Source of the DNA: Chrysomallon squamiferum
Lineage: Eukaryota; Animalia; Mollusca
Assembly: GCA_012295275.1 (NCBI GenBank)
Contig: CM022677.1
Location: forward strand, 17,794,001-17,858,000
Length of the DNA stretch: 64,000 bases
Direction of reading: 5' to 3'
Part shown: positions 15,330 to 30,005 of the stretch, piece after piece
Numbering within the stretch: the stretch's first letter is position 1
Layout of the letters: each line of letters begins with the position of its first letter
Position numbers and translations under genes: made by a program
Notes under the pieces: generated by a model
Told to the model about the DNA's origin: nothing
Database searches by the model: none
Seen by the model: only the letters and a program-made list of their open reading frames with translations

Positions 15330-15484
15330 TGTGCATACGCTCGTGTTTGTTTCTGGTTTATAATTTCGTGTCCATTAATGTATGTTTGACGTCCATATCT
15401 CTCTTTCTCTCTCTCCTCTTTCTTTCTGTCTCGCTTTTTCTATGTATGTAAGTGTCACTGTCGTTTCCCATGCTCTGTTGCTTT

Positions 15485-15580
<96 letters not shown>

Positions 15581-15760
15581 CTCTCTCTCTGTCTCTGTCT
15601 CTCTCACCGTCTGTCTGTCTCTCTCTCTCTGTGTCTTTGTGTCTGTATGTTACATTTGAATGAACAAAAGTAACGACAACAACAACTGCAACAACAACAA
15701 CAGCAATAACAATAACAATAATAATAATAATAAATAAAATAATAATATTAATAATAATAA

Positions 15761-15791
<31 letters not shown>

Positions 15792-15830
15792 ACAAGCAAA
15801 CAAAGAGATAGAGAGAGTTAGGGAGAAAAA

Positions 15831-15861
<31 letters not shown>

Positions 15862-15879
15862 CGAAAAAGAAAAGCAAAA

Positions 15880-16149
15880 AACACTTGTAGTTTAACAAGT
15901 ATAATTTATTTAACAATTTCTGACATATTATTCACGTTTCACACGACTCTAACAAACCTGTGCTAACGATAATTGAAATGTCATGAATCGTAACTCGAAA
16001 ACATTGGCCACATTCTTTCCGTCACTTACGGAAAGTCGTGAAATTCTTACGAATCTCTTTTTACGGAAATAGCCGAACACTGATTATTGACAGATGTAAT
16101 GCATATTTCTTTTTAGTTGTTGTTTGTTTGTGTGTTTAACGACCGACCG

Positions 16150-16215
<66 letters not shown>

Positions 16216-16690
16216 TATATTTATTTTTTATTTGTGGGATATCAATGCAAATGACAATAATAGTACAAACAACAACAACAATAAATAAATAAATAAATAA
16301 ATAAACAAACAAACATAGATAGATATATAATATAAACAGACAGACACACAGACAGACAGACAAATAAATAAATACATAAATAGCGAAAAAGAAAATAAAT
16401 ATATTTATATTTAAAAATAATAATAATAATAATAATAATAATTAAAAAAAAAACTTGTAGGTTAACAAGTATAATTTATCTAAAATTCCCTGCCACTTTA
16501 GCCACCTTTTAAACCACAGCAAAATAAAAATAAAAACTAAAAATAAAAAACAAGAAAGAAAAAGAAACAAACCTGTGCTAACGATAATTGAAATGTCATG
16601 AATCGTAACTCGAAAACATTGGCCACATTCTTTCCGTCACTTACGGAAAGTCGTGAAATTCTTACGAATCTTGTTCACGGAAACAGCCGA
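15880..16690. repeat. Direct duplication (~615 bp offset) with internal hairpin
   Basis: 15951-16056 is identical to 16566-16671 (106 bp). Diverged similarity extends upstream (CTTGTAG.TTAACAAGTATAATTTAT) and a little downstream. Confidence 0.9.
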
Positions 16691-16754
16691 GCAATGACGA
16701 ATATCCGTGAGCATGCAGATAAATGTAGCGTAAATGGCTTGCTAGTTGTTTTTG

Positions 16755-16793
<39 letters not shown>

Positions 16794-16970
16794 TTGTGTT
16801 TTTTGTGTTTTGTGTTTTTGCTTTTTTGTGTGTGATATTTTATTATTTTTTGTCTGTTTGCGTGCTTTTGGGGGTGTTTTTTTTTTGTTGTTTTTTTTTT
16901 TTTTTTTTTTTGGGGGGGGCGGTTATTATCATCCAGGTCCTTATTTTTGTTATGATTCCTTTATTTCTAT

Positions 16971-17005
<35 letters not shown>

Positions 17006-17208
17006 ATACTAATACTAATACTAATATTAATACTAATACTAATACTAATACTACTAATACTACTAATACTACTATTACCACTACTACTACTAAGATTATG
17101 ATTATTTTGAGATTAACACCCCGATGACGTCACTTCGTAGACTATACAAATCACTTAACAACATGAGATATTTCAGAATGCGATAAACAGAAAAAGAATG
17201 TACATTGC

Positions 17209-17248
<40 letters not shown>

Positions 17249-17274
17249 TAAAACACTGGTAGTAAGAAGAAGAA

Positions 17275-17305
<31 letters not shown>

Positions 17306-18159
17306 AAAAGAAAGAAAGAAAAAAGAAAAGCAAGAAAGAAGAAGAAAGAAAGAAATAAAAAAAAAAAAATAAAAATAATGAAGATAAGCAAACAAGCTAA
17401 CTCAAGTACAGCCACTTATTCCGAAGTGCCACGGAATGTGCCGAGAACAATCGACAATCGCCGCCTCGGGGTTCGCCGTAAAACAGTAAAACGAAGACAA
17501 ATGGCGGGCGATTGACGACGAGCTGGAGCGGGCACATAACGATCTAAAAATTATCGTCGTTAAATTATCTGATTAGCCTGCCCAGGTGCCTGGAAGGCGT
17601 CGTCGTCTGCGAATCGTTGCAGCAGTCACAGAAAAACAATTGGCCGGAGACGACTTCAGAAAGCAAAACGGCTTCTTAATTAACAGTGGAAAAGGAAAAA
17701 TTTCGTAAAAACATTTTTTCCGGAAAATTAGGCAGCCGCGTATCCACAGACGCCATTTTAGCTTGAGGGTAGGTGGGAGGTAGGTGGGGGGGGTGAAAGG
17801 CTCGCGCGTCAATAATGGCGGAGCTCGATAGATTTTTTTTGTTTTTTTTGTCTGAGTGTGTAGAAATAAGGTGTGATGTCTTAAAAGAAAAAAAGAAAAA
17901 AAGATGATATAGAGAAATGAAGAGTTTAGTAAAGGTGTGCGTTGTTTTAAAGTTATTTTATTTTCAAAATAGCGAGGACTGTTAAACAGACGTAGAATCA
18001 CACCTAGCTACACCATAACAACAAGAAAAAAAAAAAAAAAAAAAAAAGACAAATAGATAGAAAAAAAAAAAACCTGATAAATCGTTAACCAGAAAGGAGA
18101 TTGATTATATATGACAGACAGACAGACAGACAAAAGACACACACACACCACACAATATA

Positions 18160-19050
18160 CATACGGAACAAAATACCTTACTATCCAGAAGAAACATTAT
18201 ACCGTTGACACCGGATTTACCTATAACACACCAGGGAGAGAGAATCAAAAAAGAAGAAGAGATATTACACACTTGAAAGCTTTACAGTTGTATATTAAAA
18301 ACCGATCAAATTATAACGGTATACAGAAGAAACTTTACACCGCTGACATTTACAACCCTTATAAATCATGGATAAAATGTTGACGTACGCTTTTCTATTT
18401 TAGTTTTAACAAAGTGTTCATTATTCTACTACTCTGCATTTAACATGGAATAAAGAAGTATACATTAAAGTACACACTACTGTATTTAACATAGAACAAA
18501 ATAACACGGTATGCAAAAGAAACATTACACCGTTAACTATTGTGATACCATGGTTACATGTTGCTTTATAACTTTGTACTTTAATTTAGGTATTAACAAA
18601 AGTGTACATTAGATTACTATATTGTATTTCATAAGAAACAAAATAACATGGTATGCAGATGAAGCCTTACACCGCTAACTCTTGTAAATTATAGTAAATT
18701 ATGGTTAAAAGTGGCTTCGTATCTCTTTAATTTGGTTCAGAAGTGTACAACAGACTACCATACATTATTTACACGGAACAAAATAACATGGTATGCAGAA
18801 GAAACCTTACACAGCAAACTCCAGTAAAAAAAAAAATGACTAAAAAGGGACAGAACAAATATTTGATTGGCTTATAGTGACCACGTGACGTTAATATTGA
18901 CACAGCATTTATACTTTTTTCTTTATACTATAGCCTTACCAAAAGTGTACATTAAAACTACTATCTTGTATTTTAACACGGAACACAAAATAACATGGTA
19001 TGCAGAGAAAACCTCACACCGGTAACACCAGTAAATCGTGAATTAAAAAT
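18160..19050. repeat. Degenerate ~140-bp tandem satellite (about 6 units)
   Basis: Anchor AAATAACATGGTATGCAG..AAACCTTACACC and variants near 18170, 18310, 18500, 18641, 18781 and 18988. Confidence 0.85.
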
Positions 19051-19575
19051 GTTGCTTTGTACCTTTGCACTGTGATTTAGGGAGATTACGAGGTCAGGTA
19101 CCTTTTACAGGTGAGATAAACAAATTATCTACTTACCTGTGTTTTCTGACGGCGATTTAACTAATCAAGTGGAAAACTGAACCTGAAGTTTTTTTTTTTT
19201 TTTTTTTTTTTATTTATTTATTTATTTATTTATACGTATATATTTAAAAAAAAATTTGGTTAGTTTGTTGTTTGTTTCTTTGGTTATTCATTTTGTTTGT
19301 TTGTTTGTTTATTTATTGATTTATTGATTTATTTGTTTAGTTGTATGTTTATTTATATGTTTGATTGTTTTGTTTTGTTTTATTTATTTCTTTACTTACT
19401 TATTTTCATAATAAGAAGTTATCAGAGGAAAATGGAAAAAAAATATTTGGTTGTAATAATATGGCTACTGAAGTGTTGTCGTTGGCAATGTAGTGGTAGT
19501 AATAGTAGCAGCAACAATAGTAGTGGTTGTAGTGGTAGTAGTAGCAGTAACAGTAGTCGAAGCTGTAGTAGTGGC

Positions 19576-19612
<37 letters not shown>

Positions 19613-19792
19613 ATATTAGTAGAAGTAGTAGTTTCTGTTGTAGTAGTAATAGTAATAATGGTTTGGTTATTGCAGTTTCAGTAACATCGCTACAGACAAT
19701 AATAGTTGGTGTCTCGACTGAAATACGAAGTTGTGGTAGTAGTAGTAGTTTCTGCCGTTGCAGCAGTAAACAGAAATATTAGACAAATTTGC

Positions 19793-19896
<104 letters not shown>

Positions 19897-20558
19897 GTAA
19901 ATTGCATAAATCCTGCCATCTGATGAATTAATTTCTTTAAAATCCTTTTTACAAATACAAACCCTTCTAATCCATCTTTTACCAAAAAAAAAAAAAAAAA
20001 AAAAATGAAAAAAAAAAAAAAAAAAAAAATGTGTCAGAAAACATATTTGATTGGCTTATAGCGGTCATCACGTGACGTCGATATTGACACAGCATTTACG
20101 TCCCGCTCCAATGGATGGCGCAATTAGAAAGATTCCTCTACACCAAATCTCAGATTAATTATATCGATATTCTCCTTATTACTCGGTCATATCGATTAAC
20201 CGGTTCATTCAAACAGGCCCGTTTTCAGTCGAGTCTAATCGGTATTAACTGTATCGAATTGCGTGTTTGCTCAACTTAACGAGACGATCCTGATATGATT
20301 GGTGCTATTTCGGACTATAAGGGATATAAAATAAAAATCAATCATATATATGTATACACTAATATTTAATCGTTGTCAATAATAAAGTAATAAATGAAAA
20401 AAGTGCGGTGCGTTTTTAATGGAGTGGAGTATACTGGAAGTTACAGAAGTTTAAAATGACAAAACGAGTTTTTCTTTGTGATGTGCTAGTTTGTAAGTTC
20501 CTAATTTTATTGTATTTTTTTTTTTTTTTTGTTGTCTTTCTTTGTTTATTTGCTTTAA

Positions 20559-20591
<33 letters not shown>

Positions 20592-20721
20592 TTACTGTGT
20601 GTTTCTTTCAGTATGTTCCATCTTTATTTCCAACAAATACACAGACACACATATAAATATATATATGTATGTATATATAACTTCATTGTATATATATATA
20701 TATATATATGATACAGAGAAC

Positions 20722-20838
<117 letters not shown>

Positions 20839-21371
20839 GAAAGAGAGAGATTAAATATCCACCCCACACTTTTATGTCAAACTAAGATTACGTCTCCATA
20901 ACTTAAGAAACATTTATACTAAATTACAAACGAAATTATATAAAAAAAAAAAAAATTACAGTGCAGTACATACCAGACACTTTGTACTTAAAACTTTATC
21001 GTCGTAAATAAACACACGCTGCAGATTTAATATAACGGACAGACATATTAGATATTCCAGTACTAATGTGAGTTCTCCCTTCTTAAAAATAATAGCTTTC
21101 CACATCACCTCATTATTTCTATTTTTGAAATAATTTTCTTTTTTTTTTCCGCTTCAGGGTTACAGATTACTAGAATAATAATAAAAAAAGGAATTCGCTT
21201 AGTGCTTTCCACACACTTTAGCTTCGATTATTCAATCAGCGAACTAATAGCTACATGTCCAGTCTAAACACTTAGATTATCGAGACTTGCTCGCAGAGCA
21301 ATGTCAAGGTCACTGTAACGGCGTTTTTTATTGACCGTCGTTATAACTGTGAAGACTTCGCGGAAAAGACG

Positions 21372-21458
<87 letters not shown>

Positions 21459-21522
21459 CTCTCTCTCTCTCTCTCTCAGTATTTCTGCCTGTCTCATTCG
21501 TACTCACAGACACGTACGCGCG

Positions 21523-21557
<35 letters not shown>

Positions 21558-22050
21558 CTCTATTTATATATCTCTGTCTCTGTGTGTGCGTGTGCGTGTA
21601 ATTATGTAAACTTCATATTTGATGGATGTGTTTACAGACGTAACTAATTTACTACGCCTACAACAAACAGAAAAAAGACGAGAAAATGAAGACAGAAATG
21701 ACAGAAATACTGACAAGCAAGAAAACAGCAAGGGAAAAGAAGAGAGAAATGAAAAGAAACAGAAGGACGAAGTGAATAAGAAAAAGAAGACAAGAAGAAA
21801 GAATGAAAGAAGACAAGAAATAACCAAATAAATAAAACTGCAAATGGCGATGCAGAAAAGAAGAAGAAAAAGAACAAGAAGAAGAAGAAGAGGAAGAAGA
21901 AGAAGGAAAAAAACGAACGAAATCCAACTCCTACTAGTCAAGGACGACAAATCGTACTTCCGATTTTCTAAAAATACTCTTAATTTCCCGCCCACTGCTC
22001 AGTAAACTTGTTAATTCAGAGACGTGACGTACTGCTCAGTATGTCGATAT

Positions 22051-22180
22051 GTAGCCTACAGAACGTCAGATAACAAACAACAAAACGATTATTTCACCTG
22101 ATACACAGAACGGCGTATCATCACATGCAACTGGTGTCGTGTCAAATGATCCGCTTTTCTTAGACTGGTTGTCCTCCGTT
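22051..22180 (+). repeat. Dispersed repeat copy A (130 bp, SSR-tailed)
   Basis: Matches 35907-36036 with 4 mismatches by eye. Both copies are followed by (TTA)n(GTA)n. Confidence 0.9.
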
Positions 22181-22518
22181 ATTATTATTATTAGTAGTAG
22201 AAGTAGTAGTAGTAGTAGTAGTAGCAGCAGCAGCAGTAGTAGTAGTAGTATATTTGTCTAATACATCTTGCTTAGTGAATGCTTTCCTATGATATGTTTA
22301 AATATATATATTAATATATATATATATATTTATATATTTATTTATATGTATATATAATTTTTTCATGATGACGACAACTACAAAATTCACAAACATAGCA
22401 ATAACATCACCATCACCAACAACTACAACAATAAGAAGGACAACAACAACAACAAAATACTACTACTACTACTACTAATTATAATAATAATAACAGTGGT
22501 TGTAGTAGTAACAGCAAC

Positions 22519-22564
<46 letters not shown>

Positions 22565-22716
22565 ATTATTAGTATCGTTACTACTACTATTATTTTTGTT
22601 GTTGCTCCTGCTGCTGGTGTAGCTGTTGTTAATGTTATTGTTGTTAAAAGGATCAGTTCTTACTATCAACAAAAGAGAAAATATTTCTGGAAATTTAAGA
22701 CAAAAATAACAACCGA

Positions 22717-22751
<35 letters not shown>

Positions 22752-22951
22752 ACAGAATGTTTACGCGCAATGCAATAAAACCAAACTCCACGAATTCCCT
22801 TCTCGGCTGGAAAGGAACTGAAAAATGCTTCGGAATCGCAACGTAAATAAACATTAATTTGCCTCGATGTGAAAACACTTTACTAAATAATCTCTCGACG
22901 AATTAATTCCCCTTGGTATAATTCTTTTATTTATGAGACACGTTTGTGGGT

Positions 22952-22995
<44 letters not shown>

Positions 22996-24703
22996 CTAGT
23001 ATCTTATCGCTTGAACGGTAAAACATTCGGGGGAAGAAAAAAAAAAAAAAAAAAAAAAATTAATTTATTTTTTTTTTTTTTTTGTAGTATAATATGTTTT
23101 ACGAACGAATCGACGATCGTAAAAATTTACGAAGACACCCGAGTGATTCGAAATGGTCTCTCGAGACACTTTTTTTTTATCCCATGAAACTGTAAAAACA
23201 AGATTGAAAGATTCAGAAAAAAAAAAAATGAATAGCGGAATGATAGACTGAAGGAAGAACAGACAAACCGAAAAAAAAGAACAAAAAAACAAAACAAAGA
23301 ATAATGGATGGATGGAAAGAAGGATAAATAAAACTGAAGAAATTAATGAATGTGGGGGGTTACAAGGTTGCAAGAAAGAATGTGGAAGGAATGAAGAAGG
23401 AGAAACTAAGATTAAGGAAGGGAAGAAGGATGAATAAAAAAAAATAATGAAAAGAAGGACGGAAAAAGTCCCCAAAAAGAGAGGAGGAAGGAATGAAAAA
23501 AGAACGAAAATTAGAAATAAAAAACAGACTGAACAAAGAACTGCTGGATGGACAGATAAGTTGATTGACAAATAAACGAATGAATGAAAGAACGTACGTA
23601 CTGACGCATGGATGGACTTCTGAACTGACCTAGATTTGGATGAACCAATACATAAAAGAATGAATGAAAGAAAGAAAGAAAGAAAAACAGAATATATATA
23701 TACACACACACACACCCAGCCCTGGATGGACTAATAATTGGATAAGTAAATAAAGAAAGAAAGAAAGAAAGAAAGGAAGAATAAATAAATAAATGAAATA
23801 AATAAATAAATAAATGAAAGAAAGAATAAATAATTTCTGACAGATGGATATAAAGCAGAACGGGAAACTGAGGAATGAAAGAAAAGGAAAAGGAAAAAAA
23901 AAAAAAAAAAAAAAAAACAGCGAACATTACAGAAAATAAAATATTGCGAAAACAATCAAGTGAACATCATATTTCTCCAAGGATGCAGGAATATATTTTT
24001 ATTTTTTTTATTTTTGTTCTTGTTTTCTTTCACGTTTCGGTTTTCTTTTTTCTTTCTTTCTGTTTTTTAATTTTCTTTTCGTGAAAATCCAGAACGTTAA
24101 TGAATGAACTGACAAACAGAAAGCGTGGGAAAAAACCGATTCATTCTCGATTTAGTAAGTGGGCAGAAGTGATAACAGTCACAAACACACAAAACAAATA
24201 ATAATAATAATAATCATAATAATCATAATAATCATCATCATCATAAAAATAATAGTAATAATAAAATTAAATTAAAATTAAAATTAAAATTTAAAAAAAA
24301 ATAATTTAATATAAAAGTAAAAATTAATATAATAAAAAGAAATGAATGAAAGAAAAGCGAACGGAGTGATTAAAATGAATGACTGAAGGATTTTAAGAAT
24401 TATAGAGACGAAATAAATAAATTTTATAGTAAACTAATTACATAACTGAGAAAACTTCGGTATCTTCCTCTACAGATGTATATACAAGAGACATACAGAT
24501 ACAGTCACATATGCATACATTCATACACACAGGATTACATACATACATACATACACACACACACATACATACATACATACATACATAAACAGAGGTATAT
24601 AGAATTACAAATCGATATAAATGTACACACGCTCTCTCACATTTAAATGCACGTAAACATGTACAAGTATAAGTGCCCGCCGCACACAAACACACACACA
24701 CAA

Positions 24704-24759
<56 letters not shown>

Positions 24760-24985
24760 GGAATGTACAATTAAACTGCTCTCAAAGGAAAATCACTTCA
24801 ATAAAAATCACACCACACACACAAAACCTCTGCCTGTAATAACACGAACAATTCAAAACTGCAGCACTGCGATTAAAAGAGAGTCAAAAGACCCGGATGC
24901 ACTTGCCAACCACTTACTTCCGTCAAGTGTAACAAGAAACGAGCACTTCCGCCTAATTCGAGGACTTCCTGTCTGCCGCTCGTTT

Positions 24986-24999
24986 GCGCCACCTGGCGG
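24986..24999 (-). promoter_or_regulatory. CTCF core motif
   Basis: Minus strand CCGCCAGGTGGCGC fits the CTCF core consensus CCRSYAGRKGGCRS at every position. It lies in a GC-rich island. Confidence 0.6.
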
Positions 25000-25379
25000 C
25001 GATTTCAGCAGCAGCAGCAGCCGGCTTCTCGGGTTCACTGTTCAGTTATTATCTCCGCAGTTGTTATTATCTTTATGACGATAACGTTGACTGCGTATGT
25101 GAAAGTTATGCAATGAAATGGCATGTAATAAAATGACGTAATGAAATGACGGTGTGAAATAAAGTGACGTAATCAAAAAAATGGCGTAATGGAAAATTGT
25201 AAGTATTTTCGAAGGTTTGAGATTATTTTTTGCGTAGCTTGGTGATGAAACGAAACCAGATTTAAGCCTTTTTCTTTCATAACCATTTAAACGTCTATAC
25301 TCATGGGCACGCACATAAACGAATTTGTGCGTGAGAGGGAATGAGAAAATGAGAGAGAGAAAATAAGCTATAGAAATAT

Positions 25380-25382
<3 letters not shown>

Positions 25383-25450
<68 letters not shown>

Positions 25451-25539
25451 GAAATAATGAGACAGAGAGAGAGAGAGGGGGGAAATAATGAGACAGAGAG
25501 AGAGAGACACGAAATAATGAGACAGAGAGAGAGAGAGGG

Positions 25540-25614
<75 letters not shown>

Positions 25615-25670
25615 AAGAGAGAGAGACGAAATAATGAGACAGAGAGAGAGACACGAAATAATGAAACAGA

Positions 25671-25765
<95 letters not shown>

Positions 25766-25840
25766 GGGGGCAGACAGAATGAGAGATAAAGACATAGAGA
25801 GAGACAGAAATAATGAGACAGAGAGAGACAGACAGACAGA
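25383..25840. repeat. (AG)n-based minisatellite with recurring GAAATAATGAGACAGAG unit
   Basis: The unit or a close variant recurs about six times among (AG)n runs. Confidence 0.9.
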
Positions 25841-26729
25841 TAGCGTGAGAATGAAAGACATATCAAACGCCTAGACAGAGAGACGGAGACAGAGAGACAG
25901 ACTTGAAACACAACTAAGCTACGGCTGAAACATATGCAACGTATTTCACGTCCAGTTTTATTATTCTCTGGACAAAAATAAACAATAGCCTGTCAGTGGA
26001 GCCTGTGTATTTATTATTTAACAAACGGCACAAAAACGAAATTAAGAAAGACACGGAAATATGCCGGAGGGAATTCAATACGGTCGGCAGCCTCCCGAAG
26101 AAATGAAATTGGCATACATTATTAATATTCATACACTGCGTTGTTGAAGACCGAACGTCCACATTGTGTTTAAAGAAATGAAATTGGCGTACGTAATTAA
26201 TATTCATAAAATTCCTTGTTAGCGACACGAAGCCCAAAACTGCGTCATTACAACTGTTATGTCTATAAATAGAATCGAAGAATATTAAACGCGCTCCGTT
26301 CATTTTTATTCTGTATAAATGTCTTGCGTGAAATAAAAAAAAATAAAAAAAAATATATAAAAAAATGAAAGAGAGATAAATAAATAAATAATAATAATAA
26401 CGAACGCAAAATTAATAAATATTTGTTCAAGACAAGATTATTCTGCAATGTTAAGACGCTAGTGCCCTTATAAACGGTCCATAAACGTATTGGAGAAAAT
26501 CAAAAAAAAAAAAAAAAAATATCTGTTTCAAGCAGACGTTGAAATTAAAATAATCGATAACATTAAATTGTTATTGATGATAGCATGTTGACGAGCCTAG
26601 AGAGGGGTAACATTAAATCGTTAAATTTATCGATTAACATAGGAAAACGTAGGAATGTAATATAAAAATCACCAGCAGCAGTAAATTATCGTCTATGATA
26701 CCAATTATCGACCACAAAATAAAAAGATG

Positions 26730-26783
<54 letters not shown>

Positions 26784-26785
26784 TG

Positions 26786-26825
<40 letters not shown>

Positions 26826-27369
26826 CAACAAAATAAATATAAAAAAAAAAATTAAAAAATAAAAATAATTAAAGAACAAATATATTCAAATCTACGATAA
26901 CATTAAATCGTTATCGATACAAAACGTTATCGATTATCGAAAGAATATCGAATCACCGATAATACGGAATCGATATTGAAATCACGGCCCCCTTTTAATA
27001 CTGACAATAAAAGAACCAAGACGCTATGAAATTACTGATGTTTCTGTATTGTTCAGCATCTGTTTCCCGGGATGTCTCAGTACCTGGCGTATCTCCAGCT
27101 GTTTTATCGCTGTTTTATCGATGAATATCGATTGTTGCTCTACAGCAGCTGAGTCGTTTAGTTTTCACATAAAATTCATTATTACTGTCATTACTGTTAA
27201 TATTGTCATGGAGATGTTTCTATTTTTATTATTATTATTATTATTTTTATGTATGTATGTATGTATATATCCGATTGTCTCTCTCTGTCTGTCAGCCAGT
27301 TTTGTTTTAGTCTGTGACTTTGCTGTATATTCATTATATATATCCATCTCTGTTTGGTATGCACATATT

Positions 27370-27533
<164 letters not shown>

Positions 27534-28958
27534 TACCCTTCTCCCCTTCCATAACCTTATAATACAGTTTATTAACCCGGCAATGAAAATATACGGCAGC
27601 GTAAATAACCAAGCATTATGTAATCTTTCAGCGACCATCAAAAAAAACCGCGTGTTTATATACCTAAAACGAGCGGCGAATTAATTAATAATTTTACGAC
27701 GTTCGGGCTCGCGCGTTCCTCTCGGAGAACCGTAAAACCCAATAACTGTCCACCTTACGATCCCCTTTCGTTTGTCGACGACGTCATTAAATAGCAACGA
27801 CGTCGCACGCGCTTGTTCTGACAGCAGAGTTAAGGCGCCCATTAAGGAAGCGACGTTTTATCTTCGTTTTATGAAGAAATCGTTTTTTTTATAGCTGTTT
27901 GTGTTTTTTTTTTTCTGTGTTGACAGTAAAACGAGAGAACATTGCTCGTTATTATAACTCTTATGTGAATCATCAATAATCAAAAGCCGAGTTGATAATA
28001 ATCAAATAAAAAATATAATAAAAAATAATTTTAAAAAAAGCGTTTATTCGTACATCAATGTGTATGTGTGTTTGTCTTTCAAACAGCTACGCTGTGGAAA
28101 AGAAAAGAAAAAAAAAAAAAAAAAAAGAAAGAAAACACATTTAAAAAAAAAAAGAAGATAAAATAATAATAATAAAGAGCTGTAAAAAAAAAAAAAAAAA
28201 AAAAAAAAATGTGTATAGTGAGACCTAAAAGCTAAAATGTGACATAAATGAAACCAATTACTTGATAGAGAGAAATAACTCCGCTCGCTGCAAAGAACTG
28301 TTTGACAACTGTCGGCTGTCCAAACCTATTCACGCAGAAAAAAAGCCCATTCATCGTCTTTTCATCCGCGAACAAAGAAGTCCCTCTTGAGATCACGTGA
28401 CGCAGGCGAGGTTACTGGGGACGAGACTGAATTGAAAGCAAATATTGGATTTATTGAATGTCATGCCGTTGAAGAAGAGTTTCAAAACCGCATGCTCTAA
28501 CTATTTTTTTTTCTTTTCTGTTTTTCTTTTAAAATGTTTTTTTTTTTTTTTTTTTTCAAAATTAACAGTTTACAGACGTCGATAGTCGATGTGTTTTGGT
28601 TTTACAAGTTGCAAGTGCGCATGCCTGAACACGTTCGACCGAAGCTGTTTAAGATTTTTAGAACCATTTTCTTAGATTTTAAATTTTATTTATTTATTTA
28701 TTTATTTATTTTTTTTATTTATTATTTAATGTTAAATAATAATTTGTAATAATAATAATAATAATAATAATGATAATAATAATAATAATAATACTGATAC
28801 TGCTGATGATAATGATTGATTGATGTTGATCATGGAACGTTTGTTTATTATATTAAATGGAAAATAAAAATCAAAATTCACTTTTAAAACAGCTAACAGA
28901 CAATAAATAAAACAACAAATTAATAAAAACAACAACAACAACAACAATAACAATAATG

Positions 28959-29026
<68 letters not shown>

Positions 29027-29100
29027 AAGAAGAAGGGTATATTGAATAATAAATGAATAAACAAATAAATAAAAACATCCAAACAAACAAATAAATAACT

Positions 29101-29148
29101 GATCGCGTTTTTGATCTACACATCCGTCTGTCTGTAAGTCGCGGACCT
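29101..29148 (+). repeat. Diverged repeat, inverted relative to 35553-35599
   Basis: GATCGCGTTTTTGATCTACACATCCGTCTGTCTGTAAGTCGCGGACCT aligns to the reverse complement of 35553-35599 (GATCGCGTCTCTGATGTACCCATCCGTTTGACTTCAGTCCCGGACCT). The flanking A-rich tracts also correspond. Confidence 0.75.
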
Positions 29149-29335
29149 GGCTGAAGTCACGAAAAAACCCCACAACTGAATCAAGTTTAAATCCGGAATC
29201 AAAGCCTCACTGCCAATATTAATTTAGCAAATGAAAAGAAAGAGAGAGAGAGAAAAAAAGTCAGAGAAAAACGATAGCAAAGGGCAAATAACAAAGACGA
29301 ACAAAAAAAAAAGAAAAAAAAAAAAAGAAGAAATA

Positions 29336-29445
<110 letters not shown>

Positions 29446-29966
29446 CCTCCCTCCCTCCCTGTCTCTCTAATTAATAAAAAAAAAAAAATAATCTGATATA
29501 CCATGCAAGGATTCCTGACTATGAACACACAAGTATCACCACATTCTTTTGAAGCCGAATTAGATCGATTTTTTGGGAGACCACAATAAAGCTACCCGCT
29601 CGCTTTGATGCATTATATTACATCATTAAGATTCGTAGATGCTTCGTAAGTACGATGTGTCCCGAATGCTTCCGACAGTGACGTATTGACAATGTCTGTA
29701 GCGATGATACACGAGTGATCCAAAAAAAAAAAAAAAAAAAAAAAAAGATTTATTTTCGTATTTCTAAAGGTTCTGTTATGTTGTGGTTTAATAGACTGTG
29801 CAATAATAAACAGGAATAATTAAGACAGCATCTGCAGCAGAAACAACGTCAGTAATGAAGCTGCAAAAGCATTAATAACAATAACAGCATCAACAACTGC
29901 TTTTTACAGTAATAATAATAGCAATAAAAACAACAGTAGCAACAACAATAACTACAAAAGCTATAA

Positions 29967-30005
<39 letters not shown>

